DNA of 64,000 nt, taken from Takakia lepidozioides (Eukaryota > Plantae > Bryophyta). The DNA is taken from the NCBI GenBank assembly GCA_030704615.1, contig CM060731.1, positions 91,574,001 through 91,638,000 of the forward strand, in the 5' to 3' direction. Of the stretch, positions 40,601 to 51,990 are shown one piece after another. The first letter of the stretch is position 1. Every line of letters starts with the position of its first letter. The notes beneath the pieces are model-generated. The model was not told the DNA's origin. It made no database searches and saw only the letters and a program-made list of their open reading frames with translations. The position numbers were made by a program, and so were the translations under genes.

Positions 40601-43600
40601 AGAGGGAGGAAGTGATCTTAAGTGGCAGTGGGGTAGCCAAGAGATCCCGGTCCTCCCTTCCTACACTTACCTGGGCGTTGAGTTCTCCTCCAATTGTAAT
40701 TGGGATGCACATATCCGGAAAGTTGTTCAAACTGGCAAGGGCAAAGCTCTGGGGCTCACTAAATTTTTCCACTGCAGAGGGGTCAACTCTGAGGTGAAGA
40801 AAACCATGCTTTGTCGCGTTATTAGACCTGCCTTGGAGTACGGATCTGCTATATGGGTTGATAACTCCAACCAGGCTAAGTCTCTAGAATCCATTCAAGT
40901 GGGGGTGCTTAAGGAGTGTATGTCAGCATGCTCCAAAACAGCCAATGTGGCTGTTCGGGGTGAGTCCGTCCTTAAGCTCCCGACGAGATGAATTCAAGGT
41001 CAGATGGTGGGGTCAGCTGCAACATATGCCCAACACCAGATATCCTAAGTTAATCGACTCTATATCTTGGAAACAGGACCGCCCTGTCAAACAGGCTAAG
41101 TCCTGGCAGAAGAGAGTAGACGAGATCCTCAAGGACCTGGACCTGGATCCGCAAGTCTTGACCCTGCTGGATAAATCTGACTTAGAGGCTGTAGTGTCCT
41201 CAGCCATGTCAGTTGCCATGAGATTGTCTGATGAAAATGAAGTTAGGCAGAAAACTTCCCTGAACTTGTTTCCAGTCTGTGACATGGGGGAGGACACCTT
41301 GGATGACCTCAAGGGTCTACCCACTCTCGGCACTAGACTGAAATTTAAACTCAGGGCAGGAAGCCTACCTTTGAACAGCAAACAGAAGCAGAGAGGAAAG
41401 GGAGAGTGCAATTGCCCGTTGTGTGGGCAATCTGAAGACAGTATTCATTTTCTGATACACTGTCCGGGGTTCTCTCACCAAAGAGACGCTCTCTTCAAAT
41501 CTATTAAGGGAATTGTGCCTGTACCCCTGTTTACCAACTTTGAAAGTCTCGAGGCTGAGCCAAAAGCCCAGGCCCTCCTGAGGCCTAGTTTTTGGGCAAA
41601 TCACACACAGCAGATTGATGCTTGTGTGAAGGGATTTCTAGAGGATATCTGGAAAACCAGGATTAATTCTTTATATGGAGGTAAGTTCTTACTACCAACG
41701 TCAGCCCCTGACAGAGGTAGGTTCTGTCCCTTTTGTTCCCGCTCAAACTGGGCGCGGGGTCAATGGCCACAAGGCTACGGCAAACAGCGTCTTATGAGTA
41801 CAATCTCTCTCTAATACTTTTGAAAGCAGCACATATCATTTTCTTATCTTCTAAAGGAGAAATTTGATAGTCTATTTTGATTATCCTTTCTATGTTCAAT
41901 GCTGGCAAGTGAGCTGCTGCCTTTGCACTATATGAACAAGGGAGAAATAGCAGAACAATGGCTACTGTCACGTCTTTTTGCAAGAAGAGACTTTACTATG
42001 TCTTCTAGGCGCTGTCTTCCTCAGGTACCAATGATGTTGGCTTCAGCCATGTTGAAAATTTCACAGCCCCTTCCTACATGGACACTTTTGGGCTAGTGAT
42101 CTACTCCTTTTGACTCCCTTGCAAATTTGTACCCAAGTGGGGTTTGTGACACAAGCATCTCTCCACAAGTGAAATGTAAATCTTCAGGCTGTTCCCCCAA
42201 ATGACAACTCCCCTTACCAACACACCACATAGTACTTGTCTGAAATCACAGAGCTGGATATGGAATTGTTTTGCAGACATGAGAAAACTGCTTAATTGCA
42301 GCAACCAGTGTTATGTGCCACTACCTATGAGAGGACTTTAGGAAAGAATAACCATAACAGTGGGTTGCCCCTCTCCAGGGATCTAGCCTCTACTTTGAGG
42401 TTTTTCCAATCTGCTAGGTTAGTGATGTAGTGCATAGTCACTATATATCACTATGAGTACATTATCTTATCATGAGTCCATTCCAGAACCTAAGCTGTCC
42501 AAGCTCTGAGCTCTATGATCAAGTTTCCTGCAAACCTGTGGTAAGTTTGCAATGACTTGATAGAGGCGTTGTTTGAAAATAAAACTAAACACAATGCTGG
42601 TTGACACGGCGGCAATCTGCATTACAGAGCCATCTCCAACCATCTATCATGGTGCAGTATAGGAATTCATGATGCAGAGAGGAAAAGGAAATTGTAATTG
42701 CCCAATGTGCGGGCAACCTCAAGACAATATGCATTTTCTGATTCATTGTCCAGGGTATTCTCACCAGAGACCGACCCTCTTCACGAACATGAAAAACATG
42801 GTTCCTGCACGTCTATTCACCAACTTTGAAAATCTTGCCTGATCCTAAAGACCTGGCCCTGTTGGGTCTAGCGTTTGGGCTAATCACACAAAGCAGATAG
42901 ATGCTCGTGTGAAGGGTTCTCTAGAGGATATCTGGAAAGCCCCAATTATTTGTCTTTACCAAGGTAAGTCACGCTCCCGGAGTGAGCCCCTCACAAAGGT
43001 AGTTTCTATTCCCTATGTTTCCGTCCAACCTGGGCGCAGGGTCCGTGGCCACAAGGCTACGGCAAACAAAGTCTTATGAGTACATTCTCTCTCTATTTTT
43101 CCCGCTCAAACTGGGCGCGGGGTCAATGGCCACAAGGCTACGGCAAACAACGTCTTATGAGTACAATCTCTCTCTATTTTGGACGCAGCGCAAGGCTATG
43201 GCAAACAATGTCTTATGATTGCATTCTCTACTTCGGCACGTGGGCCCTCAGGGCCCCTGTGGACTTGGAGATTCTGTTTTTTGTCTTTTTACTCTGGCCA
43301 TTATATGCTATAAGATATCTTTTAAAGCTCTTCGGTGTACTGCTGTAGTTCTGCTGTCTCTGCAGCCTCCCAAGGTTGTAAATAATTTTTTTCTTCTGCT
43401 CTGCATCCTGGCTATGTTACTCCTTAGGACGTTATAAAGTTGCTTTCTGTGTTTCAGACAACACATGATTCTCAAAGTGAAAGGCAATCACCGGTAGGCA
43501 TTGGCACGTATTTCGCTGCGATCGGCCAGCCGGCGCATTCCCCCTGCAACTTGTACTGGATCAATTTCACCCGCATGTGGAAGCCCTAGTAACATTGCTG

Positions 43601-46600
43601 CAGATGAGTTGATGAGGCAAGGTGCCCTCCTGTCATCCACAAATACTACTGCCTGTGCATATTCTCATGATTAGAAGTGAAAAAAAGGGATTTGTACTGA
43701 TTGCCCCTTCCCTGCAGATATTGGCTATGATGGACCCTTTAAGATAATCTAGTTGTCTCCATGGCATATCCCCAGGGTCATTTGTGGAGTCATCAGCTAC
43801 TGGGGCTTGAACCAGCCTGAAGTTGGTGTCATAAACATTCACACAAAAGGCAAACACACACAGCTCATATTCATATTACAAACGGAAGCTTGAAGTGGCA
43901 CCTGTGGCATTCTCTTCATCATAGCATCAAACCTCCTTCCCATGCGATCACAGCAAAGAGCACGAACTCGGTTTGCAAGCAACAGAGGGAGCGATTGACC
44001 AGCGTCAGCCATAACTGCCTCAGCAACATCTGGCACACGCGCAGGGTCTAACCAGACCGCATAGCATATCCCCTCATAACTGTCAAGAGCGCAAACATTA
44101 GTAAGCCTCACATTGGGCACACAGGTATTGAGGAGTATTGGTATGCGCATTCGAATGGCTACCCATAGGTGCAATGAAACCCGTCTGTGAACATCTCTCT
44201 AGTTTTTTAGGTGCCAGTGCGAATCTGTACACAGTGAGCAAATGCCACAAGATGTGCACATAGCATCCTGAAGAACAAATGTACAAATACAAGACATACA
44301 TACGCACATGTATGCAGGTATTGAATACAGATGATCCTAGGATCGGCTATTCTGAAAACCAGTGGTGTTCTGTGTGCCCATCGCCCACCTACCATTTCAC
44401 ATTTAGCTGACAACAGATGATTAGAAGAGGGACAAATATACCCTTCAGCAATGAACAATGTGGCAAGGAAGTGCTTCGGTCGCAACCCCAGGGCAGCTGT
44501 TAGCACACTGGGCAGCAGAAATCCTTCTGTATTGACCACCTACAACAGTGCTCCACCCCATTGACCCCTTTTGAGTGGTCTACCATCAATGTTTGCACTT
44601 CAATTGGAGAAGGAACGAAAGAAGGAAGGAAACGAAAACATAGGAAATGAATGGTACTTCATAACGTCCGCGGGAAGCTCAAAGAGCTTATGGGACGAGA
44701 AGAAAGAAACAAGAAAGAGAGAGGAGCCACAAACAGCCCAAAAGCAACTAAAGCTCATGGGATTTTCTAAAAGTCAATCTTCATGCAGGTAAGAAAGAAA
44801 GAAAAAGAAAGCATGTCCCCACGAGGCTCAAAGCCCCAACAACGAAACCACAGCAAAAGAGATCCATGACCTACTCAATGTGTGGCATAAAGGCGGAACA
44901 CCTTAGGCAGGTAAGCTGCCAGGCAGTCCTCATGGCAGGGATGGAGAATTTCTAAAGACCCACCCGTATCTTTCTCCATCTCACCTGTGGTGCAACCTGG
45001 GCAGATCCTATCCTGGGGGGCAGGTTGTCATCCCACCCTGTCTCAATCTGGAGAGTGTGATGAAATTGCTCCAAGCCCACATGTGAGGGACAAAAATGAG
45101 AGACGTAGAGAAAAGAAAAAATGAAACGATACTTTATAACATCTGCGCTCAAAGAGCTTATGGGACAAGAAAAAGAGAAATGTGCCTTACACATCTGAGT
45201 GGCCAAGCACTTCTGGTCCCCAAAGGTGCAAATTTGTCAAGAGTATATCTGCCCCTCATCTCCGAGTATGCCCCACAGGAGAACAAGAAATGATCCTCCA
45301 TCTCTACATCTTGAGTGCTACAGAGAAAGAATGAACTGGTTGATTCCCATGCCTGTGATGTTAGCTATGACATAGCCTTGAAAGCATAGTTCCCATATTA
45401 TATCAATTCGACTGCTCATGAGGATTCTATCCACCAAATTATAATAGGCCTTTTGCCATACAGCTCACAAACAGCGATAACGATTCAGTGACAGGAAACT
45501 GACATTGAAATCATGCTAGAAGACACAATGCCCTTCAAGCATGCTATACTAGCCTCCCTACCTTGGGGAGATTTGACACATCTGACTGTGATTGACAGCT
45601 TTGGCGACCTTTCATGGGTACCCCAGAAGAAGGACAGTTTTTCCTCTTTCAGAGATTGAAGGATGGCGGGCCTTCCCATAGGGATAGTGAAGGGGGAAAA
45701 AAAAATTGCGACAGAAAGAGAGAATGCATTCACAAGGAGTTGTTTCCCATAGCCTTGTGGCCGTAGACCTCCTGCCCAGTTTGGGCGGAACAAGAGGGAA
45801 CAGACACTACCTTTGTGAGGGCCGGCTCAATCCGGTAGTGGGACTTACCTTGATATAAACAGGCTTTCCAGATATTCTCTCGAAAGCCCTCCACACAAGC
45901 ATCATTCTGCTGTGTGTGAGTTGCCAAATGAGATCCCAACAGGGCCAGGGCTTTAGTCTCAGCCTTGAGATTTTCGAAGTTGGTGAACAGAGGTGCAGGA
46001 ACAATGTCCGTGGTGGACCTGAAGAGTGTCACTCTCTGGTGAGGATACCCGGACAATGTATGCGAAAGTGGGTATTCCTGTTCAAAGGTAGGCTCCCCAG
46101 CCCAAGTTTAAATTTCAAATGAGTGCTGAGGGTATGGAGGCCCTTCTGATCATCTTTAAGGACCACGCCCATGCCACAGACTGGGAACAAGTTCAGGGAA
46201 GTTTCATGCCTACTTCATTTTCATCGGACTATCTTTGAGCAACCGACATGGCTTTAGACACTTCAGCCTCCAAGTCAGATTCATCAAGCAGGGTCACGTC
46301 GCTAATATTCAGGTACTTGAAAATCTCTTCTACCCTTTTCCACCAGGACTTGTCTGTTTAGCAGGACGGTCTTGCTTCCAAGAGATAAGAGTCAAATATA
46401 TAGTTGACACACAGAGAGAGAATGTACTCATAAGACGTTGTTTGCCGTAGCCTTGACACAGAGAGAGAGAGAGAGAGAGAAAACAACATTTGAAATGGCT
46501 TGGAGCATGCACTAAAGGCATAACAAACCTCTCCCAAACAGACCAGTGAAGTGGGAACATCAACACAACAAACCAAAACATCCCACCAAGCACAGCCAAA

Positions 46601-47434
46601 CCCTAACTTCAACCACCAGAATACAGCCAAAATCTGAAAATTTCACTTTTTATTGGATAGAATGAAGTCACATGATACAGTGACCTGCAAACACTGCAGC
46701 AGAATGGCACCACTCATGCCAGGCCACCACCATCATCAATCAAAAATTACATCTTAGAGCAATCCACACAACTTTAGTCAATGTTGGGGAGAACTGGCTT
46801 GTCGCACCTCACAAGTTGCTGCTGCTGCCAACAACCCCTTAGAGAGGCGAACGGGCACAGAAATTAACCCCTTGGGCACACACAGAACGGTCTCAGCCAG
46901 CCACATTGGATTTTGCAACACCCCAGCAATAACTACATCACACTGGAGTGATGTGGCAACAATCTGGAGTACCGATTGTGGCAGGTCCAGGAACTCTTCA
47001 GGCTGTTCCCGGGATTTCTCTTGCAGCAGTGGCAGGGATTTTGGACCCCCAGTATATCCTGGCGGTATACCCAGGATTGCAGCTGCTGCACCACTGGGAC
47101 CCAGCCTAGCCTGCTGTTCCACATAAGGAGATTTCCCTGGGTGCTTGGAGGTTGAGCTGCTGGCATATCGGCCAGGTGGTGTACGGAGAACCACAGCTGC
47201 TGTGCCCCCAGATTCCTGCCCCTCTGATTGCTGAGATTTTGTCCAATCAGAATATTCCCCTGAGGTTCTCCCTGACGCCTTATCCACTGTTTTCTCTGTC
47301 CAGTCACATATATCTCCTCCCCAACTTTCCATGTTTTCTCCTGTAGAGCACCTTGAAGGCCTCCGGGCCTTCCCGGAATCAGCACCAGATGCCAGAGGTG
47401 GGTCACCAGGAACAGTCTGGTCATGACCACTCAT
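28687..47434 (-). CDS. Soluble hybrid histidine kinase (PAS-HisKA-HATPase-receiver), ~918 aa. Exons: 47434-46808, 44539-44442, 44079-43902, 43652-43492, 36654-36410, 36134-35941, 31318-31208, 30321-30172, 29975-29292 (acceptor could be ~100 nt upstream), 28995-28687
   Basis: PAS MPQ|AVVFVDD...[10 protein letters not shown]...[10 protein letters not shown]; H-box [18 protein letters not shown]; [10 protein letters not shown]|[13 protein letters not shown]; DTGIG, FSQAD, GGTGLGL; receiver AEDNKVN, MDLQMP, KP. All nine introns are phase-compatible with no internal stops. Confidence 0.93.
30612..31120 (+). mobile_element. 5'-truncated, diverged copy of the RTE/RTEX-like LINE (kinase intron 7)
   Basis: Homologous to 41270-41803: LPLNSKQ...HFLIHCPG...[14 protein letters not shown], ending in tgagtacatt. 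Confidence 0.9.
31395..35739 (-). mobile_element. RTE/RTEX-like LINE copy A (5'-truncated; APE + RT + CCHC), kinase intron 6
   Basis: APE motifs [20 protein letters not shown]; RT motifs [38 protein letters not shown]. 7-bp TSD ggacaga at 31388-31394 and 35740-35746. Confidence 0.95.
36938..41803 (+). mobile_element. RTE/RTEX-like LINE copy B (longer, possibly full-length), kinase intron 4
   Basis: Same domains as copy A plus ~520 bp more 5' sequence; C-terminal CPLC...HFLIHC. 15-bp TSD tctctctct(g/a)atact at 36923-36937 and 41804-41818. Confidence 0.95.
42672..43228 (+). mobile_element. Older LINE 3' fragment followed by two further stacked 3'-end copies
   Basis: caaggctayggcaaacaa.gtcttatga occurs three times (~43052, 43133, 43191). 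The middle 67-bp copy has TSD tctctctctatttt at 43086-43099 and 43167-43180. Confidence 0.9.
44590..45185 (-). mobile_element. 3' fragments of a second RTEX-like LINE family with (CATTT)n-type tail, kinase intron 1
   Basis: Minus-strand [20 protein letters not shown] remnant (~44985-45065). Shared 3' motif cccataagctctttgagc...gttatraagtaycatttcattt at ~44610 and ~45125; a tail-like match also at ~35825. Confidence 0.6.
45723..46455 (-). mobile_element. Diverged 3' fragment of LINE family A/B (45723-46390) plus a 34-bp 3'-end copy (46422-46455)
   Basis: [10 protein letters not shown] and [10 protein letters not shown] homology. The short copy is flanked by a 13-bp TSD acacagagagaga (46409-46421, 46456-46468). 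Confidence 0.85.
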
Positions 47435-47719
47435 GTCAGGGTTGGTACCACTGAGTGACTCCAGTTGTACCTAGTTGAATTTCTGGCTGTGACAATTTGC
47501 TGGATAAGGTATGTCACTAAAACAATATTCCTAGTTACACGAAAGAAACATAGGCAGAATATTTCTTCAGTGAAGGGATGAACAGGCCAGGAACTTTCAG
47601 CATTGGGATCAACTACATGGGCAAATTACACCTAGGAATTCCCCTGACAGAAACTGAAGAACTCAACAAAGGTCACAGTTCTAATCTAGACTGCTAACAA
47701 CATAAACAAGAAACTGGCC

Positions 47720-49125
47720 CTAGACACAAGAATCTTTCAGGCTTAAGATAGATCCAAAAATGTGGCGCTTCAAGGCAGGGATGAAAACTTCTGGTGAACT
47801 GAGCTGTGGCAAGCGGCCCTCAGTCGGTAAAACTTCCACAGTTGAGGGCGTGATGCATATAGTACGACACAGACACTGGCACTGCCAGGTCCCTGCTACT
47901 CTGAATGATATGGCATGGCACAATCACCTGCATCCCACAGTTTAGTGTCAATCCCACGGCAGAAAAACAAAGAAAAAGGGTTTGAAGGATAAATTAGCAT
48001 AGAGAAATGCAGTTTTTAAAAGCAAATGTCTGCAACTTATTTTGGTAGACGCATACCAAATGTTTCACTTTCCAATGACTTGATGAAAAACTTATCCTTC
48101 CATTCACACATTGAGCTTCTGAGCTCGAGAAACATAATACCCGTGACAAAATGCTGCGCATGTCACTCTGGAATATAGTCTTGGCCATGCTGAAGGCGAT
48201 GTCAGGACGAACATTAAAAACGGTTCGGCTGAACTCTTGGACTGCTACGGACTCTATGTCAGCCCCAACTGCAAGAGGTGCAAACCCTGAGACCCAAGCC
48301 TTGAAATTCGACTGTATTGCTTCGAAGAACTGGTTTAGATCATCCTGCCTTAGGCCCCCAAAATAGTTTGGTTCGTTAAGATACCTGTGCCCACAATACC
48401 CAACCTTGCATTAAGTTGTCTGCCGTCTGCTCAAGGAATAACTGCGTACTTGAAATCAACCAAATGGTTGACCACAAAACTAGCGCAGATGCATGGTTAG
48501 ACCATATCCCCGCATCAGAATGCAGGTCACACTCACAATACTGAGACGAGCTCTAAAAGGTTTCCAGAATATTTCCAGATATTTGCTGAGCCAGCCAGTA
48601 CTCATGTCTTGGACACAGGGCCATGTGCATGTCGTACCTTTGTTTCAAAAGACACACATGTATACTTTCAGGCCTCACAACATCTATGGATATGAACAAG
48701 TATTGCAAACACGACCGTATTACGGTATCCATACATACCTAGGGGAGGCGGAGATCGTGACAATCTTTGAAAAAAGAGATGGTCGTTCAATTGATGCGAG
48801 GCATCCAACCATACCCGACACGGAATGGCCCACATAGACACAAGAATCAGCCTCAAGCTCATCTAGGATTGCGAGCAAATCGTCGGCATAACCATGCAAA
48901 GTAGAGTATCTCGAGAAGTTGAAGTAAATCAGGGTTGGTGGTTCCAGGCCCCATCATGTCATAGCGAATGACCCGGTACTCATCGATGAGATGAGGTATG
49001 ACATGCTTCCACACAGACTGATCGGTACCAAAACCGTGGCCCAAGACCACCAACTGGTCACCAGAGCCAACTACTCGCACATTGTGAGCCTCAAGGAGGG
49101 TGGGAATCTGAGACATGTCACGCAT
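47720..49125 (-). pseudogene. KAI2: KAI2-like (eu-KAI2) alpha/beta hydrolase pseudogene; exons 49125-48739, 48384-48141, 47927-47720
   Basis: [35 protein letters not shown]|[34 protein letters not shown]. Lesions: +1 frameshift at ~48928, frameshifting deletion at ~47848, and EGRLPQL instead of EGHLPQL. Confidence 0.93.
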
Positions 49126-51990
49126 CTTTGCTAGTACTTTTTTATCCAGGCACAGTTGTATGGATAACTAAGAAAATCCTGTCATCACTGACATGTGGCA
49201 TCTGCCACTTCTGCCACTTCTGACTTGATATCTTACGTCTGCGTGTTGGTGTTGTCTGCCTATCTAGACATCTGTGCTTCAGTATTGACAATCTGAGCCA
49301 CAACAAACGCCGAGACACAACATCTTCTCTCTTTAGTCCGGATTCATACGATGGGTGTACAACCACCGTCTCTCAGTATATAGGTATGGATCACTCAGAT
49401 GTTGCTAGCAAGACAGGGATTCAAAGTAAGCCCACTAAACTCCACAGCGTTGCAAGCCCAAGCGATTATTTGTTCGAGATTGAATAAGTTACATCATGGA
49501 AATGAAGAGTGAAAGAGACAGAAATAGACCACGCCGAAACAGCCACAAACTTGTCAACCCCACCAAAAAAAAGGCCCAGAAAGAGACAGAATGAAAGGAC
49601 TATAGCTCTAGACAGGCTTGAGTCGAATAGTACCTCCCAAACGTATCGTTGCGATTGGAATAAGCCCAGCCCACATGAGAAGAAAAACATAAAACTTACA
49701 GTCGCTCGAAGGTAGCCCAAGAGGAGTGTAATGTTCTGGCCATATTTGCGAGACAAAGCAAGTCTACAATAGAACTTCGAATCTCCTACAAGTAAAAAAT
49801 GATGGCAATCGCTATGGCGCCTGCCCCTGCCAGCCGTGGAGAGACCAACCACCGACAGTGTCGTCATCACACTATTGTAGAGATGCCGATGGTCAGTTCG
49901 ACCTCATGTGTCCTGGAAATAAAAGCTGTACAGGATTTCATCATTTCCTTTCTTTTGGGGCAATAAATTAGGAGATTATCCTATCCAACTTCGTGGACCT
50001 GAATCTTGGGGCATCAAATGAGAGGTTATTTTCCCCCGAGAGCCTCGACCATGACTTTGAGTGAAGATTAAATAAATTGTGAAATACCGTACCTGCCTAT
50101 GCTGTCCGATGATAATTAAATCCCAAAAGAGGCTGCCGGAAAATTTAAAATTGAAGCCCACCCAATGCCGAATGTTAGGAATTTGGCCCCAGGACTTGTC
50201 CTACCACTATCTTGCACATTACCACTACACTACCCATATACATGTACAAAACTAGCGCTTTTTTGTTACTTAACATGATTACTGTCGGAACTGCAGAAAT
50301 TCCCAAAAAGCCTGCCCGACCCCTTCTTCAAGAAATATTAATTAGTCCGGCAGGGTCCTGACGAATAGAGTAGGCAAGTACGGTAGTTCTCCGGTAGATG
50401 GGATACACAGAAGATAATAGGAATAATGTAAGAACTTTTTTTTAAAAGAACTTTAACAAAAAAATGTAAGAACTTAATGCACACGTGCAACCTCTGACAG
50501 GATGGTGCGTCGGTTTCCGGCATGTCAAATCTTTCCCACCCTCTCTTGAGAGTGACATGGAACTGAAGGAGTGTAAACTCCAGTCGGGCTTACACTGGGT
50601 TACAGGACGTGTGTAACTCCGCTCGGGGTTACACATAATGGAGTGTAACTTCACTAGGTGTAACTCACACTTGGTCTCGAAATTTGACTAAGTATAAAAT
50701 GGACTAACCTGAGTTACATGAGAGCATAGGGTTATAAAGGATTAAACCGCTTCGAATACTTATACCAGGTTATACTACCAAAACCTCCCATCAAAAATCA
50801 AACCTCACCACCTATTATGTTAAAGAGGGGTGGGGAGGATTTGACAGGGGCCCCGCCAGAGGAGCCCAGGTTGCCAGAATCCGGCGAAAGCACCGTGAGA
50901 TTGCACGCGTCCATTAAGTTCTTACATTATTCCTTTTGTCTTCCAGATATGACACGTTATTGTCAATGGTAGTATATCATATGTCGGTGATTGGTATGCA
51001 CACTTCAATATATATAATTCATAGACAACGTAGACTCATCACCGACGCTAGCAAAAGACCATACAATGGAAGAAGACCTTCGGTGCACGAAATTGATTTT
51101 CAATTCTCTTTTTTCCGAGTCCCAATACATCAATGCAAAGTTGAAGGAGGTATTAGATTTAGGAGGATACTACTACATTTCGGCGGTACCTTACATTTAC
51201 TGCTTTGCCAGAGCTATGTATTTCGATCATGTCGTCAAAACGTGCCGTTAGCTTTCTGTTGGAGCATTCTCGATAAAGTTGTTTTGCTGCATATGTTGAC
51301 TGGTTGTTATCTGACACTGTCAGTGATCTATCTGTCTCTGCAGACCATGGTAGACTACGTCATTGTGAACATTCTAATTTGGGATCACGTTTATTGGCCC
51401 TGCCTTTCTAAGGCAGAACTACGCAATGGGTTTTGATGCTTAGCACCGATACTTGCGATTACGCTCCGAATTAGATCGAGACAGGTGTAAGTATATATTC
51501 CGTCCACATTTATAATGAATGTAATCCTTGGGATGAATAGATTCATGCATGCGTGACAGGTTGCGCTAAGTAGCCGATAGTTTATGCGGCTCGTCAGGTG
51601 GCCACCGTGTGGAAATCTCCTGAGCAATTTAGAAAGAAAATTTCCATAGTGATTCAGAGGGAGTGTCTAGGCGGACTACATCTTCTATGTTGCATCGATA
51701 TCATTGATCCGGCGTGAACATGTACCAGGTTGCCGAGGTCCTTCTCAGGTTTCATGTGAAGTGCTTAAGACAATCAACAAATGAGGATGAGAGAGAGAAA
51801 GAGAGAGGATTTGTCTTCTTTGGTGGGGTGGTTTGCACTGCCATTAGATTGTTGGGTAAAAGCATCTTCTGATTGATTGTGGGTAGTACGATCACTTTGA
51901 GACGAGTTAATGTGGTCAATTAACCAGCTCTAAAACCAAAATGGCTACAGATCTATGATGACCTCAGAGAAATAGCTTAATTATGAGATA

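Noticed and set aside
31395-41803. Inverted LINE pair as a simple inverted duplication or assembly fold-back
   Set aside because: Each copy has its own TSD, 5' end and private indels, and the kinase exons stay collinear across the region.
43633-43857. ORF MFAFCVNV...QAPVADDS as a kinase exon
   Set aside because: No phase-compatible acceptor; joining 43902 to 43652 gives the proper PAS start [10 protein letters not shown].
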